A stretch of DNA of 64,000 nucleotides from Carpediemonas membranifera BICM. Its lineage: Eukaryota > Protista > Fornicata. The notes under the pieces are model-generated. The model saw only the letters and a program-made list of their open reading frames with translations, did not search any database and was not told where the DNA came from. Shown piece after piece: positions 44,646 through 55,083 of the stretch; within the stretch, counting starts at the first letter, position 1; each line of letters starts with the position of its first letter. The DNA is taken from positions 231,600 through 295,599 of the forward strand of contig JAHDYR010000007.1 of NCBI GenBank assembly GCA_019828565.1, in the 5' to 3' direction. Both the position numbers and the translations under genes were made by a program.

Positions 44646-47600
44646 ATGCTGAAGAAATCCGATCCCCCGTTGCTGAAGTCGCCAGATCTGAACGAACTGT
44701 TCATCTTTGTGGACAAGTTCAACGATTACCGCGCCTTAGGGGGCAAGCGAGACATTGAGAAGCTAATCGACAGCGAGGTTCGGGAGATGGTGACAGCAAT
44801 CCTACCAGCGGACGATCTTGACGACGCGGAGGAAGAGATCTCTCTCCTCCTTAATCAACATCATCGTGCCGCTCGCTCCAGAGCCCAGAAGGACCTCAAG
44901 ATCATCAAGCGCCTAGGACGCGCTCTCAGACCTACTCAAGAAGTCAACAAGCTCCGTCTCTTTAGAATCACCGCCAAGGACTTCTCCCCTATCGAAGTTG
45001 CTCGAGTCAACAAGAAGTTCCGTATTACCATGGCAGTCGTCCAACCCGAGTTCCCCCTCGAGACACTACGCGACATATACGTTCGTTGTTTCAAGTTCGG
45101 ATCCAACCAGACGATGTACCGCATCAAGGAGGTGATCCAGGACATGTCGCTAGAAGATGCCATGCCGCGCGTTCTAGCCCTATCCAGAACAGTCCAAGAG
45201 AGCACCGCGATCGCCAACGCGTTCCAGGACAAGCCGTCCAACGCCGAGCACCACCACACGAGCCGTAACTCCCACCGACGCAACGATCGCAAGCCTCAGT
45301 CACGTCCCACCGAAGACCGTTCGCATGCTATCAGACCTGAACACGCGTCGACTAAGCCTATCGACAAGAAGGGCAGACGTGATCATTCACAGTTCACTTG
45401 CTATAACTGTGGTGGTAAGGGTCACGCCGTCTACGAGTGTAAGAAGCCCAAGAACAAGTGTCAGAAGTGCGGGAAGAGCGGACACCTTGACAGGTTCTGT
45501 AAATCCCCACAGTACTTGTCCTTGTTCTCGATGACTTCACACAAACGCAAAGATAGCCTACCTCTGTGCAAAGTTAAGGTCGAGGGTCGAGACGTCGTTG
45601 CCTTGATTGATTCGGGAGCCAACTGCTCCACTATATCCCCCAAGCTGACCAAGGGTATGACGCGTATATCAGATGAAGAGCGAAGCGTGCGTACAGCCAA
45701 GGGAACTATACAGTCCCAAGGTTCCGTGCAAGGGAACATCAAACTCATGCCGTCAGCCTTTACACCTAAGGCAGTGTCCTTCAAGCCGGAGTTGATTGTG
45801 CTAGATACTGAGTTCGACGTCGTCCTGGGGTACCCCCACCTTGTCGAGCTGGGAATCCTCCCCGACGTGAACGTAGAGTCAGGGGAATACTCGGACGAAG
45901 TCCAGGTCCCCGAAGCTTTCAAGCACAACGCTGCCATTTTTAGTCTATCCGACCAGTCGACCAAGAGTCAAGCCGAACTGATCAAGAGGTTCTCCGATCT
46001 ATTCCAAGACCGGGACGAACCTAGCAGGCTAGAGCCGTACGACCTCGTTCTGAAGGACGATCGGGTCGTGAACGCCAGACCTTACTATGTACCCCCAGCG
46101 AAGATACACGTCGTGAGAGAGCACATCGACACGCTGCTAGCCAAGAAATATATCGAGGCCTGCCAGTCACAATACGCTTCCCCAGCTATGACTGTGCCTA
46201 AGAAGGGAGGCAAGTCGCGTTTCGTAGTCGATTTCCGCCGTATTAACGAGCTTACTGAGCCGTTCGACTACCCCATCCCTCGTATCGACGAGGTGCTGTC
46301 ACAGCTCGCAGGACAGAAGATCTTCGCGACTCTAGACCTGTCGTCCGGGTACCACCAGATCCCTTTGACAGAACGATCAAGACCCCTGACTGCATTTACC
46401 ACCGTACTAGGGCAGTATCAATACCGACGGATGCCTTTCGGGCTGCGCAACGCAGGAGCTCACTTCCAGAAGGCCATGGAGCGCGCCTTCGCCGGGCTCG
46501 TGGGCAGCTCATGTTACATTTACATCGACGATATTATTGTCTTCGGCAGCGACGAGGCCGAATATCTCGCGAACCTCGAAAGAGTCCTGGACCGTGCGCG
46601 TAAGGTCAAGCTCCAGCTCAATCGCGAGAAATGCCAATTCGGCAGGCAGGAGGTCGAGTTCTTAGGTTGGGTTGTCAATGATGGGCAGGTGAGCATCGCA
46701 CCCAGCCGTGTAGACGACATCGCAAATCTCCAGATGCCGACATCCATCAAGGGCATGCAGGGCCTAGTAGGATTCCTCAACTATTTCCGGGATCACATCC
46801 CCCATTTTGCGGAAATCGGACACCCGTTAATCAAAGCTATGTCCGGTCACACAAGTCTCGGCCTGACCGCCCAGCAGGAGGCCCTCGATAAGCTCAAGCA
46901 GAGCCTTACCTCCGCTGACGCCCTAGCAATTTTCGACGCCACGAAGGAGCATTCTATAATGACCGACGCCTCGGGAGTGGGGTACGGCGCAGTCCTATTG
47001 CAAGAGGGCAAGCCTGTCTGTTACATGTCGAAGGCCTTCAACGCCACACAGTCTCGTTGGTCAACGATTGAGAAGGAGGCGTACGCCATTGTGGCGGCCT
47101 TGCAGCGCTGGCGCAAGTTCCTTGCCTGGGGACCTTTCTCCATACTCACTGACCACCGAAACCTTACCTTCATGTACCGTAGCATCAACCCGAAAGTCAG
47201 GAGGTGGGCCGATGCCATTTCCGACTTGGACTTTGAGATTAAGCACGTCGCCGGCCTGGACAATGGAGCCGCAGATGGTCTGTCCCGTGTGTTTACTATG
47301 TTCACTCGCAAAGCTACGACCGATGAGATTGAAGAAGCACACACCACCGCCGGCGCCCATCTATCTCGACGACTAACGACCGAGAAGCTTAGAGCCGAAG
47401 GGTTGTCGGTGTCGAGAGCCGCAGTCGACCAGGTGATTGCAGCTTGCCCGGTGTGCCAAGTCCTCGAGAGACCCCACGTCGATACACCGGATGGTCTGCA
47501 TACCGCCGTTGATGAACCGTTTAAGCGAGTAGCCATCGACACCTTAGGTCCGTTCCCCAAGTCGCAGGGGTTCACGCACATCTCCGTCATCATAGATATG

Positions 47601-48581
47601 TGTAGTAGGTGGACCGAGTTGGTTCCAGTTACAGGTACGACTGCGCAAGCCGCAGTTACGGCGTTCGTTAATAACTGGGTCTTACGCTATGGCTGCCCCG
47701 AGGTCTTACAGACTGACGGCGGGCCCGAGTTTAACAATCAGCTCATGAAGTCCCTGGCCGACGAGATGGGTTTCCACACCCATGTTACGACTCCACATCA
47801 CCCGCAATCTAATGGCATCGTCGAACGGGCCAACAGTGGAGTTCTCAAAATCTTGAAGGCCAGAAAGTTCCATTTCCGGGACGCGGACTGGGTCAAGCAC
47901 TTACCTGTCGCACAATTTATCGTCAATTCGACGCCCAGGATACCCACTCACCTCTCACCATCCGAGATCATACTAGGTGTCAACATCAGGATCTCGAACG
48001 AGATCATCATCTGCACCCACTCGACTAGCGCCAGAATACAGGACAGACGCGCGGCGGCTGGCCAAGCCATCCAGCTAGCGAAGGCTAGAATTCAGGCAAT
48101 GAGAGAGGACGCTCTCGCAAACGCCGCATCGTCACGTCAGGAGTTACTGTGCCGGTTCGTGTTGGTCAAGTACCCAGCCAGACCTCCCAACAAGCTGATG
48201 CCAGGATGGCGAGGGCCCATGCGACGGGTCAGTGCGGTTAAGCAAGATGGCGTGACGGTCGCCTATGAAGTTCAGGACCTCAACCAGGGAAGCCAAGGCA
48301 AGATATTGAAGGTCGACGCCTCGCGCGTACGCAGATTTAACCCTGGCAATCTATCCGAGCGAGAGATCAAGGACTTGGCCGCCACGGCGAACGATGAGTG
48401 GGAAGTGGACCGTATTTCCAAATCGCGAGGGAACGGAACACGAACCAAACGCGAATACCGCGTTCACTGGTCTGGTTTCGAGGACGAGGAGGCGACATGG
48501 CAGGATTGGGACTCCGTCAAGGACCTGGAAGCATTAGATATATATTTGAAGTCTGACCAAGCCAAACTGGACGGTCTATAA
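44646..48581 (+). CDS. Gypsy D gag-pol polyprotein (2x CCHC, PR, RT, RH, IN, chromodomain)
   Basis: CYNCGGKGH, IDSGA, LDLSSGY, YIDD, TDAS, IDTLG, TDGG, SNGIVER, WEVDRI...VHWSGF. Confidence 0.96.
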   Translation: MLKKSDPPLLKSPDLNELFIFVDKFNDYRALGGKRDIEKLIDSEVREMVTAILPADDLDDAEEEISLLLNQHHRAARSRAQKDLKIIKRLGRALRPTQEVNKLRLFRITAKDFSPIEVARVNKKFRITMAVVQPEFPLETLRDIYVRCFKFGSNQTMYRIKEVIQDMSLEDAMPRVLALSRTVQESTAIANAFQDKPSNAEHHHTSRNSHRRNDRKPQSRPTEDRSHAIRPEHASTKPIDKKGRRDHSQFTCYNCGGKGHAVYECKKPKNKCQKCGKSGHLDRFCKSPQYLSLFSMTSHKRKDSLPLCKVKVEGRDVVALIDSGANCSTISPKLTKGMTRISDEERSVRTAKGTIQSQGSVQGNIKLMPSAFTPKAVSFKPELIVLDTEFDVVLGYPHLVELGILPDVNVESGEYSDEVQVPEAFKHNAAIFSLSDQSTKSQAELIKRFSDLFQDRDEPSRLEPYDLVLKDDRVVNARPYYVPPAKIHVVREHIDTLLAKKYIEACQSQYASPAMTVPKKGGKSRFVVDFRRINELTEPFDYPIPRIDEVLSQLAGQKIFATLDLSSGYHQIPLTERSRPLTAFTTVLGQYQYRRMPFGLRNAGAHFQKAMERAFAGLVGSSCYIYIDDIIVFGSDEAEYLANLERVLDRARKVKLQLNREKCQFGRQEVEFLGWVVNDGQVSIAPSRVDDIANLQMPTSIKGMQGLVGFLNYFRDHIPHFAEIGHPLIKAMSGHTSLGLTAQQEALDKLKQSLTSADALAIFDATKEHSIMTDASGVGYGAVLLQEGKPVCYMSKAFNATQSRWSTIEKEAYAIVAALQRWRKFLAWGPFSILTDHRNLTFMYRSINPKVRRWADAISDLDFEIKHVAGLDNGAADGLSRVFTMFTRKATTDEIEEAHTTAGAHLSRRLTTEKLRAEGLSVSRAAVDQVIAACPVCQVLERPHVDTPDGLHTAVDEPFKRVAIDTLGPFPKSQGFTHISVIIDMCSRWTELVPVTGTTAQAAVTAFVNNWVLRYGCPEVLQTDGGPEFNNQLMKSLADEMGFHTHVTTPHHPQSNGIVERANSGVLKILKARKFHFRDADWVKHLPVAQFIVNSTPRIPTHLSPSEIILGVNIRISNEIIICTHSTSARIQDRRAAAGQAIQLAKARIQAMREDALANAASSRQELLCRFVLVKYPARPPNKLMPGWRGPMRRVSAVKQDGVTVAYEVQDLNQGSQGKILKVDASRVRRFNPGNLSEREIKDLAATANDEWEVDRISKSRGNGTRTKREYRVHWSGFEDEEATWQDWDSVKDLEALDIYLKSDQAKLDGL

Positions 48582-48623
48582 ATCTTCACCACATCTAATC
48601 GCTCCAGCGTCAAGTCATCAGAT

Positions 48624-49704
48624 TTATTCGTCGTCCGACTCCTCGGTATCGGTCAGCTCGACCAACCAAGACGCGTCAGCGTGGCGCTCAAGATCGTGCT
48701 CAGCAAGATAGTCGCGCACACAACGGACGAGACAGAGATCGGCGTTCAGCCAGACGATGCTGAGGCCAGAGTAACCCTCATACTGGAGTATGAGAGCGAA
48801 GGTCCCAGGTCCACGAGTCGTTTTGAGGAATTCATGACGGACAACACACGTCACGGTGTAGTAACGGTCCGGGTCCGAGACCTGAATAGGCTCCCAGTGG
48901 ACCTCGTCACCGATCGCAGGCAGGTGACCCTCGCGACACAGCTCGTCGACCAGGGTCGCCCAGAAGGCGCTGGGAGCTGAGATGCAGCGGCTGATCCCGA
49001 AGAGTGCCACTCGGAAGTAATCGGGCGAGAGGACGAGGATCAGCAGGCGGTTGAGGTATCCGCGAGCCGTGGTATCCGACGTGACACCGGCAGCAGCGCG
49101 AACTGCGGCCACGAGCCCGGCAGAGTAGCGCCCACTACCGGTCAGGCTGATGTCGCCACTCCGGAGGGCTGCTGAGACGATATCGCCATCAGTGAGCGTC
49201 GGGCACAGCTTGATCTTGAGGTGGGTCACCACCCCAGCGAGAGCGAACTGGCAGTAAGCCACGAGGTTAAGAATCTGGCGAGACTTCTTAACATCGGTGA
49301 CTACCGCGGCGTCGTGGAGGCGACCCTGCTCAATGGCGTCGAAGATACGCTGAAGAGGCATTTCAATCGAGTTGCTGTAGCCATTCAGGCGCCGGGAGAC
49401 CTCAGCTCTGATGTCGCGGGGAAGATTCATAGATGCCGTCACGGGTCGAGTAACACGCTCTGCGGCTTGTACACGGTGCCTGGATGAGTGGTTGATTGAT
49501 ATTTGTTACTTACAGGTTACCGGAGGCCAAGCGCTTGCGCTGAGTACGTGTTTGAGCACGAAGAGAACGACAGACGGCGGAATGAGCGGAAACAAGAGGC
49601 TTAGTGAGTTCCTCGTCACCAATTTCGGCGATTTTAGCGCGAATAGTATCCAGAATTGCTTCTACGGCGGCGTTGTCCGACATCAACTGAGTTGACGGCG
49701 ACAT
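48624..49704 (-). CDS. Antisense two-exon gene of Gypsy D (exons 49704-49514 and 49479-48624; 348 aa), C-terminal chromo-like domain
   Basis: A 34-nt GTAAGT...CAG intron at 49480-49513 joins the two ORFs in frame (GNL^HRVQA); homologous to 53937-55041. Confidence 0.85.
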
Positions 49705-50553
49705 ATTCTGCACTTTTGGAACAATCGGTTTCAGGACGAAACCTAGAGCAGTAATAGGACGCCAAATCAAGCTAATTCATCTATTTACTAAGCGCTGTAG
49801 CCTATTAGCTCCATCGGAAGCCGATTGATGTTGTTAATGAAGTACGAGCGCGCCAGGAAAAATGAAAGGCCCAAAACTCGCCAACGAAGGCCTTTTGGAG
49901 CCTCTTTATGCCTTTTTCGGCGTCTGCGTAAGTTTCAGCGCAAATGGTACAGTACTTCTTCTTATTCTTCTAGACGCCGAGATCAACCCTCGAATTACTT
50001 AGAAGCATGCGTAACACGTAATATTTTTCGAGACACGGCCATATGAGGCCGTGGAGGGGCAGGGATAAGCCTCTATGAATACGGGTGAACCCTAGCCGTC
50101 CGTTTGACTGTCATTGACGTTGGTAAGTTCGGACCCTATATGCGGTTCATGAGGGCGGTGAAGCCCTGGTAAGACTATCTTAACACGTAACATAGCAATT
50201 GCTTACACAGTGGATCCACGTTATCATACACAGCTGTCGGGTTTTATTCCCATGTCACCGTTGGTGATACCATAATTCCGTATCGGAAGACCGCGGGTCG
50301 GGCGTTGCCCACTCCACTGCCAATGGAGTAGACCGTTGCATAGCTTGGGTGGCACCAAACTATAACACGGATGACCCTAGGCCAACCTAACCCCCGTAAC
50401 TCGTTGAGTGTCATGCCTATTACCCAGGCATGGAGGGGCAGTGTGGTGGTCATAGACCACACTAATCATTTATACAGTTTAAGCCATTTATTGGCACAAG
50501 GGTTTTCTCTTCTTCTTTCCCTGTAAAAGCATTCTCCGCATTAGCGAGGCACA

Positions 50554-50816
50554 GTTTGATTGACTTAGGAGGGGGCGCTTTGGCGTGACCCCCCCTTTGG
50601 CTGTCGCTGCAGCCCACTGGCAGTGCCCTTCTTGGCTAATGCCAGGTCCTGGGTGGGAGCCAGGATTGTGTTTGTAAAAGAATCTGATAATTTTCTGTTG
50701 TTGAAGAAGAATCTGTTTACCTGCTTACCCCACTCAGTCCTCCTCCTTGTCCTCCACATCCTCATCGCTGTCCTCTGAGTCCAGTAGCTTGATCAGCTTC
50801 TTGATCCTCTTGAGAG
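50554..50816 (-). mobile_element. Remnant of a third LINE (acidic ORF1 C-terminus plus inter-ORF RNA structure)
   Basis: ...LLDSEDSDEDVEDKEED* followed by a close homologue of 32650-32750. Confidence 0.6.
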
Positions 50817-53800
50817 TGTTTACGATAGGGTTCAAACCACCAATATACTAAAATGGTGGAAACTAAATATATCATATCTGGCGATATTGCTGGCATGGTG
50901 ATGCATGGTGGCAACAGTGCCTCCCTCTTATTTACTTTTTGAACGTTTTGGAGCTTTTCTTGCAATTATACATTTGTGTAAATGCGGAGCGTACGTTTTG
51001 GGGCGTCCGAGGGTTGGAATCTGTAATGACGCTATGAAAGCTACATTAAGCGATACTTGATGCATTGTCTTCGAAAAACGTATTATTAGGGCTCAACAAC
51101 GCTTCATTGGCGAGTTTCAGACAAGTTCTTCTTTGGCTGGTGAAAAATGGCGGGCGATGCTGCTAATCCTTGTCCTTTCATGCAAATAACAACATCAATG
51201 TCTTATAGAAGCTAGGTCTGTGTTGCTGCTGTGCTGTTAACGTTTAACTTCGTGTTCAAGCTCAGGATGCTGAGCGAAGTACTTATCGATGGCTTCAAGG
51301 GACCGAACGTCAGCCCACTGGAGCCACGAGGCTTCTTCAGGCTCAAAGCCCGCCCATTGTACCTCGAACTCATAGCCAGTTCTGGTCTTTCTGTGTGCTG
51401 AGACCTCTGAAACTATGTACTCGTCGCTGTCGGTGGCGGCTAGAGCCTTCAACTCCCTGAGCGTTAATTTGCCTTGCTCGAAGGGGTGGCATCTTGAAAT
51501 GTGGACTCGTAGTGACTTGTGAGTGTTGAGGTCCTCTACGATGAGGGTGGCAGGGGTGTTGAACTCATTGCACTCGTACCCCGTGACTCGTAGGGGACCG
51601 CGGTAGCGTGCCACTGTAATCGTTGGTCTGAACGATGGGTAGCTCAGTAGGATAAACTCTGGTAGAGCTGGAGTGACGCGTCAGTGGCCTGGGACAACAC
51701 AGCTTGTACGCGTTCAGCTTGTTTCGACTTAGCGGTGGCTATGGCGGCTTCGGCTGCTCGTCTTAGGTTGAGCGGGGTATCAGAAGCAGGGTTTCCCATG
51801 ATGAGTTCGCGGCCAAACACGATTTCGTTGGGGGAGACGCCAAGTGATGAATGCCTCGCTGAATTGAGGATGGCTTGAATGAAGGGGATGTGTTGCGACC
51901 AGCGATCGAGGTGCTTGATCTCTAATCTCGCCATCATGTGGGCGTTGATTTCACGATTAACTCTCTCAACTATCCCATTGCTCTGGTGATAAAAACCAGT
52001 TGTTAAACCAGTTGTTGACTACACACAAGGCTGCTTCTTCTGCCGTCGTTGACTTGATCGGGGTTATCTCAACATATCTTGAGAATAAGTCCACCATGAC
52101 CAGGACGTGTTGGAACTCACCATCGACAGGGTAGGGGCCCATCGTGTCAATGCACAGTGTGTCCATAGGGAATGGGGCCTGGAGGTTCAGGTCAAATGAC
52201 GACATCGGTCTGGTCGGTACTGTCTTCTGGCAGACAGGGCAGTGTGAGATGACGTCTGCGACAGATTGTCTCATGCTGGGCCATGCATGTCCGTCGGCGC
52301 GCAGCTGCTGTACTGTTCTGTTCACGGAGAGGTGCAGGCCGCCGAGGGTGTGATGTTCCTTGATGATGGCCGCATGGGGGTTAACTTCGGCGTTCGTTAA
52401 GGCTGTGTACACACGAGATAGGCCATCAGCGGCGCCATTTGCAACACCAGGCACATGGATCACGTCGTAGCTGAACTGTTCGAGGAGGAGGCTCCATCTG
52501 GCGACTTTGGCGTTAGCACTTTGGTGCATCCGAGTGAGATTGTGGTGGTCGGTGGCAATTGTGAAGAATGCCCATCGGAGATAGCGTTCGGCCTTTGACA
52601 GACAATATACTACCGCATACATCTCTTTCTCGATAGTTGGCCAGCGCTTTTGGGGGCCGGTGAGCGCCTTCGACAGATACATTAAAGGCTTGTTGTCCTG
52701 AAGTAGAACTCCTCCCACGCCATAGTCGGAGGCGTCAGTGATGAGTTTCAGCTTTGCTCTCGGGTTATAGTGTACAAGAGTTGGAGCTGATGTGAGGCGG
52801 GCTATAATGATATCGAATGCCGACTGGGACTCGGGTGTCCACGAGAACTGCTTGTGTTTTGTGATCTCGTATAGTGGAGCTGATATGGTGGCGAAGTCGC
52901 TCCCGAGGTAGTCATGGAAGAAGTTGACGAGACCAAGGAAGGAGCGAACTCCGGATACCGTTGACGGGGGTTTCATCTTCGTGAGGGCATCAATACAGGC
53001 TGGGTCGATCTGTTTCCCCTCTGGTGTGATGAGCCACCCTAAATGTTCAAACTTCCTGAGTCCAAACTGAGACTTGTCGAGGTTGACACGGAGATTCAGC
53101 TCTCGGCAGCGTTATAGTACCTCCTTGAGATTGGCAATGAGGTCATCCTCACACTCTGCGAAGATTACAACGTCATCTTGGTAAACTAGGCACTTGGAGT
53201 AGAGGAGGTTATCCAAAGCTGTGGTTCAATGGGTGTTGAACTTTTACAGAGGAGAAGACTCGACACGAGGGTGTCGAGGAGAAACTCCTTGACTATTAAA
53301 TATAACGTAAATCTGTGTAACTTTGGGTAGGACCCACAACACTGCCCCTCCATGCCTGGTATAGGCATGACAGAGAGACTTGACGTCAGCATTTCACCAA
53401 AGGCCTGGACGGTGCCACCCGACCGCCAACGGTGACTCATAGGGCTGGCAACCCCATGGCCTGAGTGCTTTCGCATCTAGCTGAACGAAATCAAAATGAT
53501 GGTATCATGATCTAACTGCGGTACCGCTATGTGAGCTCTGTTTCAAAAATGGTGAAACGTGACGGAGAGGCTTACCACTGCCCCTCCACGGCCTTCCTAG
53601 GCCGTCTTCACAAACCATATACGTGTTATATGCCATGCCATGTAATTCGAAGGCCAAGAACGATTGCTCTAGCAAACACTGCCAATGCTGAGCCCTTATC
53701 GCTCATGATCACACAGACGCCGAAAAACGTACTTAGAAGCTCCAATTCGGCTCCGTTGAGGAGTTCTGAGGCTTCTAATTTTCTGCGTCCAACTGTACTT

Positions 53801-53936
53801 GAATAACAACATCAAACTGACCGGAAGGAGCACTAGGAAGCTCCTAATGCCTTATTACCGACAATAAATGCATGCTTGAAGACCAAGATGACCTTGTTAG
53901 TTGTTCCTTCGACCGTTTCCGAGAAAAGTGCAGGAT

Positions 53937-55041
53937 ATGTCGCCGTCAACTCATTTGATGTCGGACAACACAGCCGTAGAGGCTGTTCTGAAGGAAATTC
54001 GTGCCAAAATCACCGAACTTGGTGATGACGATCTGGCTAGGCCACTTATTGTTGCCCATACGTCCGTTTGTCGTTCCCTTCGCGCTCAGAAGTATCGTGG
54101 ACGCAAGCGCATGATCACCGACAATCTGTAAGTAACAAACATCAACCGTGAGGTTATATAGTCACCGCGTGCAAGCCTCAGAACGCATCACTCGCACCCT
54201 GACGATGACGACTCTGATGCCCCACGACATCAAGGCCGAGGTTGCCCGACGCCTGGAAGGTTACACCAACTCCATCGAGCTGCCGCTCCAGCGAATCTTT
54301 GACGCTATTGAGCAAGGTCGTCTGAACGACGCAGCCGTAGTGCAGGACGTGAAGCTGACCCAGCAGGTCTTGGCTCTCGTGGCTCACTGCCAGGTCGCGC
54401 TTGCCGGTGTGAGGGCCCACCTCAAGCTCGGCAGGAAGCGCTTGACCGATGGCGACATCGTGTCGGCCGCGATCCGGGGCCGCGACATCACGCTGGGTGG
54501 GTCTTCACCCGGTAATGGTCACTACTCTGCAGCTCTCGTGGCGGCTGTGCGGACTGCCGGCGGGGTCAAGTCGGACACTACAGCGCGCGGATATCTTAAC
54601 CGCCTGTTGGTCCTCGTCCTCGCACCGGACTACTTCCGTGTCGCTGTCTACGGCATCAGCCGGCGCATCCCGGCTCCCAACGACTTCTGGGCAACCCTGG
54701 TCAGCCGCTTGTGCCACGACGGCTACCTGCCCGCCATTGGCGATGAGGCTCACTGGGAGCCGCTTCAGGTCTCTGATCCGGACCGCTACTACACTGTCAC
54801 GTGCGTAGTCCGTCACGAGTATCTGAAGACGACTTGTGGTCCCGGGTCTTTTGTGTTGATCCTGCAGTATGACGGATACTCGGGACTCAGCATCGTGTCC
54901 CTCAACGCTGATCTCTGCCTTGTCCGGTGTGTGCGAGAGTACTTGGCTGAGAACGCCCTTGAGCGCCACGCTGACCCGACTTGGTTGGTCGAGCTGACGG
55001 ACACGGAGGAGACGGAAGACGAGGAATCTAGCTCTGAATAA
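53937..55041 (+). CDS. Antisense two-exon gene of Gypsy E (exons 53937-54127 and 54162-55041; 356 aa), C-terminal chromo-like domain
   Basis: 34-nt GTAAGT...TAG intron at 54128-54161, same position and phase as in D; in-frame junction DNL^HRVQA. Confidence 0.85.
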
Positions 55042-55083
55042 ATCGTTTGTTCCTCGAGGAGACAGCTTCGATGTTGAGAAGTT

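Larger units (their letters stand above)
44514..50553 (+). mobile_element. Gypsy D: intact chromodomain LTR retrotransposon (112-bp LTRs) with a spliced antisense gene; no TSD
   Basis: Identical LTRs 44514-44625 and 50442-50553; PPT ggaggggcag; intact 1311-aa ORF. Confidence 0.95.

Noticed and set aside
49480-49513. Naming the host organism from the 34-nt introns
   Set aside because: Very short introns and the standard genetic code suggest a compact protist genome, but no host gene is present to identify it.
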